Assembly: GCA_022571985.1 (NCBI GenBank)
Contig: JACZWU010000010.1
Location: forward strand, 4,322 to 68,321
Direction of reading: 5' to 3'
DNA length: 64,000 nucleotides
From: Candidatus Zixiibacteriota bacterium
GTDB taxonomy: Bacteria; Zixibacteria; MSB-5A5; GN15; FEB-12
In this document: positions 54,339 through 63,906 of the stretch, piece by piece
Numbering within the stretch: the stretch's first letter is position 1
Layout of the letters: each line of letters begins with the position of its first letter
Program-made: the position numbers and the translations under genes
Notes under the pieces: generated by a model
What the model was told of the DNA's origin: nothing
What the model saw: only the letters and a program-made list of their open reading frames with translations
The model's database searches: none

Positions 54339-56167
54339 TCGTCTATGCCTTTGTTTTCAGACTCATCGGCCAGAATAAAATCATTAATTTTGCTTCTCTT
54401 TTTCATAAATGCTTCAATAATTTTGCCGACCATCGGTGCCGCAATTTCGGAGCCATGACCGGAATTTTCGATAATTGCCGCAACTACAATTTCGGGCGAT
54501 TCCAAAGGAGCCACACCAATAAACCAGGAATGATTTTCGCCGTGCGGGTTTTCGGCCGTTCCTGTTTTTCCGCCTATGGAATAGTTTGTATTTTTTAGAT
54601 GACGCGCCGTGCCTTCTTCTCCCTCAACAACCAGGCGAATACCTTCTTTTAGAATGCTTAAAGTCCTTTCAGAAAAAGGCAGCTTAAATGACAGCTCCGG
54701 AGTAATGGTCTCCGGAGCCTTGTCAGGATAATAAATTGTTTTGACCAGATGCGGACGGTATACTTTGCCGCCATTTACCACACCGCAATAAAACTGAGCA
54801 GTCTGAAGCAGATTTACCAGTAGCTCCCCCTGCCCTATCGCAAGGTTAAGCACCAATCCTCTTGACCAGCGACCTTTGCCGAAAGTCGAGTCATAGTAAG
54901 CAATGTTTGGATTCAGACCTTTGTATTCGCCGGGGAGGTCAATTCCCACCCTACTGCCAAAGCCACTCAGACCATAGTAGTAGGACAACTTGTCAATACC
55001 CAGCTCTACTCCCAGCTGATAGTAATAAACGTCGCAGGAGCGCTCCAAAGACTCTATCGCCTGGGTTTTGCCGTGTCCACCGGCTTTCCAGCACCTGAAA
55101 AACCTGTTGCCAAATTGATAGCCTCCCACACAAGGCTTGAAAGTTGTATGAGCTGTCACCAGGCCTTCTTCAAGTCCGGCTCCCAGAGTCACTAACTTGG
55201 CCGGTGAGGCCGGAGGATAGAGCCCTCTTAAGGGCCGGTTCAGCAGCGGGTGAGTACTGTCAGTAGATATCGCCTGCCATAAACTTTCCGGAATCACACC
55301 GGAAAAAATGTTTGGGTCGTAACTTGGAAATGATACCATCGCCAGAACCTCGCCGTTGCGAGGATCCATGGCTATTACACCTCCGCAGCAAAAAGTATCC
55401 ATGGCTGCCACGCAGGCTTTTTGTAAATCAATGTCAATTGTAAGCCAGAGATCTGCTCCGGGTGTTGGCTGCTTGGGCAGTTCCTCTTTGTATTCACCGA
55501 TAATCTGACCGCTGGCGGATACTTCAAGCAGAGCGGTACCTTCAAGCCCTCGGAGGAGCCGGTCGTATTGACGTTCAAGTCCCCTTTTGCCAACTACGTT
55601 ACCGGGACGGAGATCTTCGGCTCCGCTTGCTTTGAGTTCGGCTTCAGAGATTTCACCCACATACCCGGTAAAAGCTTCAATTCCTAATCTTTCTGAATAG
55701 TGCCTGACACTCTCCATTTGATAACTGACACCCGGAAAACGATTGTACTGTTCTTCTAAGACGGCTATCGTTTCAAAAGGCACGTCTCTTTTTATGGCTG
55801 CCGGTTGATAGCGGCTGACTGTGTTTGCTTTGATTCTGCTTCTGATACGGGTTGTGTCAAAACCAATCAGGGTTGAAAGCTGCGGCAGAGTCCTGTACTT
55901 GACTTCTTCAACAGGAATAACTGAGACCGTATAAGATGGCCGGTTGTAGACAATTATGCGGCCTTCACGGTCATATATCAGACCGCGCTTGGGAAGAATT
56001 GGCTGAACTCTTATGCGGTTTTTTTGAGACATTTCATAAAGCTTTTTATGCTCAAATACTTGCAGGCGTACCAACCCGGCCAGACAGAAAAATACAATCA
56101 GAATGACAAATCCGATGGCGTACCGCGAGCGCTCGGCAACTGATAACTTTTCTCTGCCAAATATCAT
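54335..56167 (-). CDS. mrdA: Penicillin-binding protein 2 (elongasome transpeptidase)
   Basis: N-terminal anchor, dimerisation domain and transpeptidase motifs (active-site Ser region …YPPASPAKL…, SCD, …GKTGTAE…). It sits in mreCD-mrdA-rodA order. Confidence 0.88.
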   Translation of the reverse strand: MIFGREKLSVAERSRYAIGFVILIVFFCLAGLVRLQVFEHKKLYEMSQKNRIRVQPILPKRGLIYDREGRIIVYNRPSYTVSVIPVEEVKYRTLPQLSTLIGFDTTRIRSRIKANTVSRYQPAAIKRDVPFETIAVLEEQYNRFPGVSYQMESVRHYSERLGIEAFTGYVGEISEAELKASGAEDLRPGNVVGKRGLERQYDRLLRGLEGTALLEVSASGQIIGEYKEELPKQPTPGADLWLTIDIDLQKACVAAMDTFCCGGVIAMDPRNGEVLAMVSFPSYDPNIFSGVIPESLWQAISTDSTHPLLNRPLRGLYPPASPAKLVTLGAGLEEGLVTAHTTFKPCVGGYQFGNRFFRCWKAGGHGKTQAIESLERSCDVYYYQLGVELGIDKLSYYYGLSGFGSRVGIDLPGEYKGLNPNIAYYDSTFGKGRWSRGLVLNLAIGQGELLVNLLQTAQFYCGVVNGGKVYRPHLVKTIYYPDKAPETITPELSFKLPFSERTLSILKEGIRLVVEGEEGTARHLKNTNYSIGGKTGTAENPHGENHSWFIGVAPLESPEIVVAAIIENSGHGSEIAAPMVGKIIEAFMKKRSKINDFILADESENKGIDD

Positions 56168-56655
56168 TAGAAGACCGATTTAATATTTTCTAAAGTAAAT
56201 CTTTTCTCCTTAAACAGAAAAAACAACCAGGCGACTAAAGAAGTATAGATCGCACTGGGCAGACAGTAGGACCAGGTTAAAAACAGAATTCTGTTTAGAT
56301 CGTTTATTAGTATGGACAATAGATTGTGCAGCAAGACAGCGCCAGCCATCAACAAAACCTTTGAGTAAATGGATTCTAAGTTAAGTTTTTCGCGCACGTG
56401 GAATACTGCGATTCCGATCGTGGCCAGTAACAAAGCCTGCCAGCCCATTCCGTCAGGATTTCCGGCTGACATAACCATACCGGCTAAAAAACCGAACCAG
56501 GCAGCAGTTAGCTCTGATTTGAAAATTGATACTAATACAACCAGCATCGCCGGAACGTTGATGGCGATCATGTACAAGGCTGTAAAATCTCTCCAGATGA
56601 CTTCATTCATCGCGATCAAAAGTAAATAGAGTACGAAAGGAATATAGCGAATCAT
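56167..56655 (-). CDS. mreD: Rod shape-determining protein MreD
   Basis: 162-aa polytopic membrane protein between mreC and mrdA, with coupled overlaps. Confidence 0.75.
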   Translation of the reverse strand: MIRYIPFVLYLLLIAMNEVIWRDFTALYMIAINVPAMLVVLVSIFKSELTAAWFGFLAGMVMSAGNPDGMGWQALLLATIGIAVFHVREKLNLESIYSKVLLMAGAVLLHNLLSILINDLNRILFLTWSYCLPSAIYTSLVAWLFFLFKEKRFTLENIKSVF

Positions 56656-57446
56656 TTGATATCAGGCCTCAAAACAAAAAGTTCTTCCAAAGAACCAAAT
56701 TTGGCCGCAGGGTCGAGCATAACTTTGCAAAACTGGGCGTCATCGGGACGAAAAATTTCCCTGACAGTCCCGACTGTCAGACCGGCGGCATAGACCCCCC
56801 CTAAACCGGAAGAAACAATCAAGTCCCCTTCATGAATTGTACCCTGCACCGGAAAGTTGTCCAGCACCAGACCTTCATTTGTTTTATACTTTACGATACC
56901 CATTTCTCGGGTTTCGGCAATTCTGGCAGCTACTCTGTTGGCCGGGTCTGTAAGAAGCTGCACCACCGAAAAATTTCCCAAAACCTCGGTTATGCGCCCA
57001 ATCAGTCCGCTCTGGTTAACAACCGGCTGGTCGACCGCTACTGTATCTCTGGACCCGCGGTTGATAACTGCCGATACCGGCAAAGCCCCGTCGAAAGTAA
57101 CAGAAATAACTTTAGCAGGTACCAGCGAATAGCCGAGGGGCGGTTCAAAACCCAAAAGATTCCTGAGCCGCTCATTTTCGCGGGCTTCTTCCTCAAGTCC
57201 CGCAATACGGCTACTGGCGCTCACCAACTGCTCCCTGAGCAGGTCGTTTTCTGCGGCAACCGCAGTCATTTCCATCATGAAATTCTTAATCTTAAAGAAA
57301 GGGTAATAGAACGAGCTGATGACAAACCGGCTGGCCGGCTCAGTAATATTCTTGCCGCCAAACAGAAGCAGAATTGAAAAAAAAACCAGCACTATGAAGT
57401 GCAGGTTTCGCCAGTTTTTTGGAAATAAGTTAGAAATCTGGTTCAT
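56652..57446 (-). CDS. mreC: Rod shape-determining protein MreC
   Basis: N-terminal anchor, coiled coil (…AAENDLLREQLVSASSRIAGLEEEARENERLRNLL…) and two beta-barrel segments (…GLIGRITEV…, …VSSGLGGVYAAGLTVGTV…). Confidence 0.85.
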   Translation of the reverse strand: MNQISNLFPKNWRNLHFIVLVFFSILLLFGGKNITEPASRFVISSFYYPFFKIKNFMMEMTAVAAENDLLREQLVSASSRIAGLEEEARENERLRNLLGFEPPLGYSLVPAKVISVTFDGALPVSAVINRGSRDTVAVDQPVVNQSGLIGRITEVLGNFSVVQLLTDPANRVAARIAETREMGIVKYKTNEGLVLDNFPVQGTIHEGDLIVSSGLGGVYAAGLTVGTVREIFRPDDAQFCKVMLDPAAKFGSLEELFVLRPDIK

Positions 57447-57477
57447 TTTATCCGGCTTTTAGCGCCGATAGCTCTCA

Positions 57478-57930
57478 CTACTTAACTTGATCAATTAACT
57501 CCAGAACCTCGCCCGGAGATGTTACTGTCATTAACGTTTGTCGGTTTTCTTCGGATTTCATTAAGTATGAAAGTCTGGACATTACATTCAGATGTGCGCC
57601 AATAGCATCTTCGGGAGCAGCGATTATAAAGAATAGATTGACCTGCTTATGGTCGATCGCCTCAAAATCTATGCCCTCGTTGCTTCTGCCAAAGGCGATT
57701 ACTATGCCCTTGACCGATCTTGTCTTGGCATGTGGAAACGCCACACCATAGCCTATCCCGGTGGTTACCAGTTCTTCACGGTCTTTGATATCTTTTAAGA
57801 GCATATCTCTGTCTGAGACCATATTGGAAACGTTAATGAGATCTACTAATTCTTCAATAACACTTTCTTTGGAATCCGCTTTTAGGTCAAAAACTATCAG
57901 ATTCTCTTCTGAAAACTTAGAAAGTTTCAT
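57478..57930 (-). CDS. PTS EIIA (fructose/nitrogen-regulatory type-2) domain protein
   Basis: 150 aa. …ELVTTGIGYGVAFPHAKT… contains the phosphorylatable His, and …FFIIAAPE…HLNVMSRL… follows. Confidence 0.8.
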   Translation of the reverse strand: MKLSKFSEENLIVFDLKADSKESVIEELVDLINVSNMVSDRDMLLKDIKDREELVTTGIGYGVAFPHAKTRSVKGIVIAFGRSNEGIDFEAIDHKQVNLFFIIAAPEDAIGAHLNVMSRLSYLMKSEENRQTLMTVTSPGEVLELIDQVK

Positions 57931-57942
57931 TCTACTCTACCT

Positions 57943-58113
57943 TTACTTTCTCTTTTCTGCTTCGCTGACCAGTAAAACCGGAATCTCATCAACAATTGGA
58001 AACGCTAACAAGCATATTTTACAGGTTAAACAGTTATTATCCGATTCATAGTTTAATTTTTTCTTACAGACCGGGCAAGCCAGCTTGTCCAGTAATTCAT
58101 TAGAAATTGTCAT
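57943..58113 (-). CDS. Trm112/UPF0434 (YcaR-like) zinc-ribbon mini-protein (56 aa; below the ORF-track cutoff)
   Basis: Hand translation: MTISNELLDKLACPVCKKKLNYESDNNCLTCKICLLAFPIVDEIPVLLVSEAEKRK. It has the family-typical L.CP.CK..L…C..C…(Y/F)PI.D.IPV.L pattern. It ends 12 nt before the PTS-IIA gene start. Confidence 0.75.
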   Translation of the reverse strand: MTISNELLDKLACPVCKKKLNYESDNNCLTCKICLLAFPIVDEIPVLLVSEAEKRK

Positions 58114-58305
58114 TATCTGTCCACATAATTAATCGTCTTATACACCAATTCTTGTAAACCGGGCAAGCCAGCTTGTCCAGTAAATCATTAGAAATTGTCA
58201 TTATCTGTCCACATAATTAATCGTCTTATTCACCAATTCTTGTAAACCGGGCAAGCCAGCTTGTCCAGTAAATCATTAGAAACTGTCATTATCTGTCCAC
58301 ATAAT
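58061..58305. repeat. 88-bp tandem repeat, ~2.8 copies, covering the 5' end and upstream region of the Trm112-like gene
   Basis: The unit anchor ccgggcaagccagcttgtccagtaa occurs at 58071, 58159 and 58247 (period 88). Copies differ by a few substitutions. Each upstream copy carries an ATG-led decoy of the gene start. Confidence 0.9.
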
Positions 58306-58313
58306 CATTATAC

Positions 58314-59273
58314 TCATTCGTCATATACACCCATTACTCTGTACTTTCTGATTCGCTGCTCAATCAATTGTTCTGCGCTGAGTTTCTCTAACTCGTTAAA
58401 ACTCTTCAGTATCTCTATTTTCATACTCTCAGCTGTCTTTTCAGGGTCGTTATGGGCACCTCCAGACGGCTCCGGAATAATCTGGTCAATTATTCCCAGG
58501 TCCAGGACATCTTGTGAAGTTACTTTGAGCGCTTCAGCAGCATCAGGTGCCTTGGCAGCATCCCGCCACAGAATAGCAGCACAGCCTTCAGGAGATATTA
58601 CTGAATACCAGGCGTATTCAAGCATCAATATTCTGTCTCCCAGACCGATCCCCAATGCTCCTCCAGAGGCTCCCTCACCTATAATAACCACAACAATCGG
58701 CACTTCCAATATAGCCATCTCACGGATATTTCGGGCTATGGCCTCGGCCTGACCACGTTCTTCAGCCTCTATGCCGGGATAGGCCCCCGGCGTATCGATT
58801 AAGATCAAAATAGGAGTCTTAAATTTTTGGGCTATGTAGAAAAGCCGAAGAGCTTTGCGGTAACCTTCAGGGTGCATCATCCCAAAATTATGAATTAGCT
58901 TTTCTTTGGTATCACGTCCTTTTTGCTGTCCGATAATCATGAGAGACTTGCCGGCTATTCTGGCAAATCCTCCGACCATGGCTTTGTCATCCCCAAAGCC
59001 CCGATCTCCATGCAGCTCAAGAAAGCCCTCTGACAATAGCCGTATGTAATCCATAGCATAGGGTCTCAGGGGGTGTCTGGCTATCTGGACTTTTTGCCAG
59101 CGAGTAAGCTTGGAATAAACATCGCCGCGCAGTTTTTCGAGCTTTTTCTGGAGTGAGGCTATCTCGCCGCTGAGCTCTACCGACTCGCCGACAGAGAAAT
59201 CTCTCATATCTGAAATTTTCTTTTCCAGTTCGGTGATTGGTCTTTCAAAATCCAAATGTGCTCTCTCTGCCAT
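58314..59273 (-). CDS. accA: Acetyl-CoA carboxylase carboxyltransferase alpha subunit
   Basis: …LDFERPITELEKKI…ARHPLRPY…GDRGFGDDKAMVGGFARI…TPGAYPGIEAEERGQAEAIARN… is the canonical sequence. Confidence 0.92.
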   Translation of the reverse strand: MAERAHLDFERPITELEKKISDMRDFSVGESVELSGEIASLQKKLEKLRGDVYSKLTRWQKVQIARHPLRPYAMDYIRLLSEGFLELHGDRGFGDDKAMVGGFARIAGKSLMIIGQQKGRDTKEKLIHNFGMMHPEGYRKALRLFYIAQKFKTPILILIDTPGAYPGIEAEERGQAEAIARNIREMAILEVPIVVVIIGEGASGGALGIGLGDRILMLEYAWYSVISPEGCAAILWRDAAKAPDAAEALKVTSQDVLDLGIIDQIIPEPSGGAHNDPEKTAESMKIEILKSFNELEKLSAEQLIEQRIRKYRVMGVYDE

Positions 59274-59302
59274 AAAACTTCATTCCTGCCCTTTTACAAG
59301 CG

Positions 59303-60355
59303 CTAATTTTTCCTTTTTGAAAAGGGCAATTTGGCTACCAAGATAAGAAACAGGCCCAGAATTACAACCATAAAAAGGACTAACAGCGTAAACACCAAGA
59401 CCCTGTCCCACAAGAACATGGCCAGGGCAAAGAGTCCGAATATGACGGCCAGAGAGTAAAACACCAAAATCACCTGCCGGTATGATAAGCCCCCTAAAGC
59501 CAGGTAATGAAAGAGATGCCTGCGGTCTGCTTTCATGAGGTTTTTGCCGGCTGCTAACCTCCTGATAATCGAAGAAGCTGTTTCTAAAACGGGCACAGCT
59601 AAAACCAGCAGCGGCACATAAAGAGCTGTGAAAGTAAATGACTTAAGCGGGAATACTAAAGAAACGACTGCAAAGTAATAACCTATTTGCATTGAACCTG
59701 AATCACCCAAAAAAATTCGGGCCGGGTATTTATTGTAATACAAAAACGGAATCAAGAAGCCAATCATGGCGTATAAGAAAATCAGCGAGGCCCCGATGTC
59801 ATACATATAACCTATAACCGACATAGTCACAGCGCTGATTAAAGAAACTCCCGCAGCCAGACCGTCGAGCCCGTCTATTAAGTTGATGGCGTTAGTGAGT
59901 ATGACCACCCAGCCGATTGAAATAATCGGTGACCAGCCGCCAACATCAATACTCCCCCAGGGAGTAGTCAGCAGCTCTACCTGCAGTCCGCCCATGTAAA
60001 TTGTTAAGCCTGCTGCAATTTGCGCCAAAAGTTTTACCCAGGCCGGCAAAGGCGAAAGATCGTCTGAAAAACCGACCAAAACAATTATTAGTCCCCCAAA
60101 AAATATGTAAAACAAAGTTGATGATAACTCAGCTGTCAGGCCTGGCTCCAGAAAAAGAACCACGACCACTGTCAGCCAGACCGCAGCAAATAATACCAGC
60201 CCGCCTACGACAGGCACCGGACGTTTGTGCCTTTTATGTTTTCCGGGGAGATCAACCCAGCCCTGAGATTCGCTTAACTTTATCGCCCAGGGCAAAGCTA
60301 AGCCAGACAATACCAGGCTGACCGTAATAGTAATGAGCAGATTGACTGTTGACAT
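59303..60355 (-). CDS. GT4-family polyprenyl-phosphate N-acetylhexosamine-1-phosphate transferase (MraY/WecA family)
   Basis: About 10-11 TM helices. …NAINLIDGLDGLAAG… and …FLGDSGS… motifs. Confidence 0.8.
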   Translation of the reverse strand: MSTVNLLITITVSLVLSGLALPWAIKLSESQGWVDLPGKHKRHKRPVPVVGGLVLFAAVWLTVVVVLFLEPGLTAELSSTLFYIFFGGLIIVLVGFSDDLSPLPAWVKLLAQIAAGLTIYMGGLQVELLTTPWGSIDVGGWSPIISIGWVVILTNAINLIDGLDGLAAGVSLISAVTMSVIGYMYDIGASLIFLYAMIGFLIPFLYYNKYPARIFLGDSGSMQIGYYFAVVSLVFPLKSFTFTALYVPLLVLAVPVLETASSIIRRLAAGKNLMKADRRHLFHYLALGGLSYRQVILVFYSLAVIFGLFALAMFLWDRVLVFTLLVLFMVVILGLFLILVAKLPFSKRKN

Positions 60356-60360
60356 TATTA

Positions 60361-61221
60361 TTAACGAAATATCTTTCTAATCATAGCCAACAGATTAACA
60401 AAAATAAAATTAACAAGCAACGGTAATGGCAGAACAAATCGCGCCAGCCAGTCCTGGCGATGCTTATTAAAATATTTGTACAGCGACAGATGATGATAAA
60501 AGCTTCTCTTAAGAGTACCTGCCTGGCTGCCTTCGCCCCAATCATGAACAGCACCAGCTGATGGCACAAAGTAATTTTTAAAACCGGCCATTACGAGCCT
60601 CTTGCAAAGATCGGTATCTTCCATATACATAAAAAACCGTTCGTCAAATCTGCCGATTTTTTTAAACAGCTCTTTTGAAATCATCATAAAGGTAGCGGCG
60701 ACGGCCGGGACAGAAGTGATTTTATCATAATCCGGCTCAGTATATCTGCTATTCCTTTTAGAAAATAAGCCGATTACCCCCCGACGGGAAAAAAGGATGT
60801 TGGAGATCGTCGGCAGCCGGCGACAGGTCGGCTGGAACTTTCCATCGGGGAATCTGAGTCTGCCGACAACAACGCCAACCCGCTCTGAGCGCGAAAAGCT
60901 ATCTAATAGTTCTGCGATGGCGGGCTGGTCTAAAAACAGGTCCGGGTTCAGAAACAAAAGCAGAGCCGACTCTGCCATCTCTGCGCCGGTGTTACAGGCA
61001 GACGCAAAGCCTTTGTTCTGGCGATTCAGATGCAGTTTGGCTCGAGGACAGAAATTCTTAACAAAGGTCGGGCTGTTGTCCGAGGAGTTGTTATCAACTA
61101 CGATTATTTCGTGTTCGATTCTTTCTGCCGCAACCTGAAGATGTTTAAGGCAAGTTTCTAAAACAGGCAGAGAATTGTGAGTTACAATGATTATTGAAAC
61201 TTTGGCAGCAGATACCGGCAC
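60361..61221 (-). CDS. Family-2 glycosyltransferase
   Basis: …VSIIIVTHNS…IIVVDNNSSDNS…NKGFASACNTG…DTDLCKR… gives the GT-A fold with a DxD-like motif. Confidence 0.8.
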   Translation of the reverse strand: MPVSAAKVSIIIVTHNSLPVLETCLKHLQVAAERIEHEIIVVDNNSSDNSPTFVKNFCPRAKLHLNRQNKGFASACNTGAEMAESALLLFLNPDLFLDQPAIAELLDSFSRSERVGVVVGRLRFPDGKFQPTCRRLPTISNILFSRRGVIGLFSKRNSRYTEPDYDKITSVPAVAATFMMISKELFKKIGRFDERFFMYMEDTDLCKRLVMAGFKNYFVPSAGAVHDWGEGSQAGTLKRSFYHHLSLYKYFNKHRQDWLARFVLPLPLLVNFIFVNLLAMIRKIFR

Positions 61222-61227
61222 CGGAGA

Positions 61228-61950
61228 TTAATTCAACTTCCCGAAGATCGCTTTGATGCGCAGCCACCAGACCATCCAGATTGCTTCGCGCATAATTTTC
61301 TTTGACATTTTAGAGCTGCCGGCCACCCGGTCTATAAAGACAATCGGAATTTCCTTGATGCTGAATCCCTTTTTCCAGGCACGCATGTTCATCTCTATCT
61401 GGAAAGAATAACCGGAAGCCTGAACAGCATCCAAGTCAATCGCTTTTAAAACATTTAATCTGAAGCATTTAAAGCCGCCGGTAGCATCGCGGATAGGCAT
61501 ACCGGTTATGATTCGTGAATACATATTTGCAAAATATGACAGGAGCAGCCGTGACATCGGCCAGTTAATGACATTCACGCCGGAAATATAGCGTGAGCCG
61601 ATAACCAGATCATATTCCTTAATTTCACGCAGGAAATCTTTGATATATTCAGGGCCATGTGAAAAATCTGCATCCATTTCAAAAATATAATCGAAATCTC
61701 TTTCGATGGCCCACTTAAATCCGGCGATATAAGCTTTTCCCAGACCTCGCTTGGCTTCGCGATGCAGCACAAATACTTTTTCTTCGGATTCTGTCAGACG
61801 GTCAGCGATTTGTCCGGTGCCGTCCGGTGAGTTGTCATCGACTACCAGCACATGAATACGCGGGTCCAATGGCAATACGGCGTGGACAATTTTTTCAATA
61901 TTGTCCCTTTCGTTATAGGTCGGGAAAATTATTAAAGCTTTTTGTGCCAT
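61228..61950 (-). CDS. Polyprenol-phosphate mannose/glycose synthase (Dpm1/Ppm1-like GT2)
   Basis: …ALIIFPTYNERDNI…VLVVDDNSPDGT…FEMDADFSH…GSRY…GGFKCF…. Confidence 0.8.
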   Translation of the reverse strand: MAQKALIIFPTYNERDNIEKIVHAVLPLDPRIHVLVVDDNSPDGTGQIADRLTESEEKVFVLHREAKRGLGKAYIAGFKWAIERDFDYIFEMDADFSHGPEYIKDFLREIKEYDLVIGSRYISGVNVINWPMSRLLLSYFANMYSRIITGMPIRDATGGFKCFRLNVLKAIDLDAVQASGYSFQIEMNMRAWKKGFSIKEIPIVFIDRVAGSSKMSKKIMREAIWMVWWLRIKAIFGKLN

Positions 61951-61954
61951 AAAA

Positions 61955-62911
61955 TTACTTCTTAACTGTTAGCGACAATCCGGTTGCCGCGATTTCTATA
62001 ACTATTGTCCATAGCCTTGACAATATAGCAATTATTGGCGCGATTCCCGGTAAAAAAGGCATCAGCATCTGGCTCATCATCCATTCTCTGGGTCCGAACC
62101 CGCCCGGAGCAAATAAGACCAAGTATCCAATCTGATAGGCCCCGGCAAAAATTCCTATGGCTGAAATCAGCGACAAATTCTCCTGAGGTGCCAATGATTG
62201 TATCAAAAGCCAGAAAGCGCCTCCATAAAAAATCCAGGCGACACAATAACCGACAAATACAAGCGGGGCAACTCTTTTGTCCATTGAAAAAGTAAGTTCC
62301 GGTCTGGAGAGTTTTCTCAATATGTAATTGCATACTGATAATATTCGGTTAGGCCAGATAATAATTGAGAGGGAAATAATTACCATCAGGGCAGTAAACA
62401 AATAGGCAAAACTATCCCCCAGAATCCTTATCTGGTCTACAATTATCAGCGGCTCGATTTGGGCGGCTATGGCCAGAATCAAAAACGACGAAGCGCTCAT
62501 AAAAATTTGAGATATTATAAATGAAGCGGTAGCTTTTTCCGGCGACAGGCCATGCAATCCGGCGTAATAGATAATTCCGAACAGTTGCCAGATTTTGCCC
62601 GGCAGATATCGGCCCAGATTCGAAATATATGAAATCTTAAAAGCCACCGGCAGTCTCAGCCGGTGTCCAAAGCCTCTGACTATCAGGCTCCAGGTAGAAG
62701 AAAACAGAAAAAGTGAAAACAAAGCTGCTGCAAAAGACAAAACCAGGTAGGCCGGGCTGGCAATTTCCCAGTCATAGCTGCTGATATCTTCCCAGTTTGT
62801 GCTGACCTGCAGATATAAAAAATAAAAAACAGCTGCTACTAAGATTATTTTGATAAATAAAATTGCCTGAGACTTAAGACTGTGCTTCTGGCCTGTCTGA
62901 ACTGATGTCAT
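61955..62911 (-). CDS. Flippase-like/LPG-synthase-TM (UPF0104) family membrane protein
   Basis: 318 aa with about 8 TM helices. …SNLGRYLPGKIWQLFG… and a GT-cluster context. Confidence 0.5.
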   Translation of the reverse strand: MTSVQTGQKHSLKSQAILFIKIILVAAVFYFLYLQVSTNWEDISSYDWEIASPAYLVLSFAAALFSLFLFSSTWSLIVRGFGHRLRLPVAFKISYISNLGRYLPGKIWQLFGIIYYAGLHGLSPEKATASFIISQIFMSASSFLILAIAAQIEPLIIVDQIRILGDSFAYLFTALMVIISLSIIIWPNRILSVCNYILRKLSRPELTFSMDKRVAPLVFVGYCVAWIFYGGAFWLLIQSLAPQENLSLISAIGIFAGAYQIGYLVLFAPGGFGPREWMMSQMLMPFLPGIAPIIAILSRLWTIVIEIAATGLSLTVKK

Positions 62912-62937
62912 TTATTACTCAATAGAAACATTTAGAA

Positions 62938-63906
62938 TCAATCAGTTCTGTCTTTTTCTGCTAATAGTTTGTCAAACGAGCGTTTGAGTTTAACACGAAG
63001 ATCCGCTACTTCTTCTTTTAAGGCTGTCTGCACTTCCAGAACAAAGCCCATCGCAAAAAAGCCCATTCCCAATCCGGCCAGCAGAATGACCAGATAAAGC
63101 AGCGGACGATAGCCTTCGTTTTCGAACAATCTAAAATAGACAGCCACCAGACCTGTGATTAGAGCCAATAAAAATAATACGGTTCCGAACAGACCAAAAT
63201 ACAAAAGCGGCTTTTTTAAGAATTTAATCTGAAACCAGACTGCGAACATATCCAGCACACCCACCGGAATTCTCCAGAATGAAAATTTGGTCTTGCCGGC
63301 ATACCTGTCATAGAGCGGAATTTTTACTTCAGAGATACGGTAACCTTCTTCGGCTGCCAGTACAATAAGGTAGCGATGCCAGTCCCGTCTTAAGAAAATA
63401 TTTTCCACAATCTGACGGCGGAAAGCTTTTACAGAATTTAAGTCATGTACATTCAGTCTGAACAGCGTTCTTGAAATCCAGTTATAAATTAATGAGACCA
63501 GTTTCTTATTATATTTGCCCTGTTTCCAACCGGTGCAGATGTCGGCTCCGTCTAAAACAGGCTGAACCAACAAAGGAATATCTTCCGGTTTGTACTGCAA
63601 GTCCGCAGGATAGAAAACAAATATATCTCCTTTGGCAATGTCAAAACCTGTCTGCAGGGCGGCAGTCAGGCCGCGGTTGCGGCTGTGAATGACGTAGCGG
63701 ACATAATCATATTTTAAGGAAGCCTCTTTTAGTCTGGCTATGGTGTTGTCGGTTGAGCCATCGTCGACAAATATCAATTCATTAGTGAAACTAGAATTTT
63801 TCTGCATTTCTTCAAATTGAATACAGAATTCCTCAATGTTGCCTTCCTCGTTTAAGGCAGGAACTATGGTAGTAACCAGCTCTTTGCTTGCTGTAATATC
63901 CGACAA
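62938..63906 (-). CDS. GT2 polyisoprenyl-phosphate glycosyltransferase (GtrB/ArnC-like) with two C-terminal TM helices
   Basis: …TIVPALNEEGNIEEF…IFVDDGSTDNT…RNRGLTAALQTGF… plus a C-terminal hydrophobic pair. Confidence 0.8.
   Translation of the reverse strand: MSDITASKELVTTIVPALNEEGNIEEFCIQFEEMQKNSSFTNELIFVDDGSTDNTIARLKEASLKYDYVRYVIHSRNRGLTAALQTGFDIAKGDIFVFYPADLQYKPEDIPLLVQPVLDGADICTGWKQGKYNKKLVSLIYNWISRTLFRLNVHDLNSVKAFRRQIVENIFLRRDWHRYLIVLAAEEGYRISEVKIPLYDRYAGKTKFSFWRIPVGVLDMFAVWFQIKFLKKPLLYFGLFGTVLFLLALITGLVAVYFRLFENEGYRPLLYLVILLAGLGMGFFAMGFVLEVQTALKEEVADLRVKLKRSFDKLLAEKDRTD

Noticed and set aside
56652-58113. Absence of mreB upstream of mreC (PTS-IIA and Trm112-like genes occupy that position).
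   Set aside because: mreB is often encoded elsewhere, and nothing in the sequence indicates a deletion or rearrangement. This is an ordinary synteny variation.
58061-58305. Possible CRISPR array (regularly spaced repeats).
   Set aside because: The whole 88-bp unit is repeated head-to-tail without unique spacers. It duplicates the start of a protein gene, and no cas genes are nearby.
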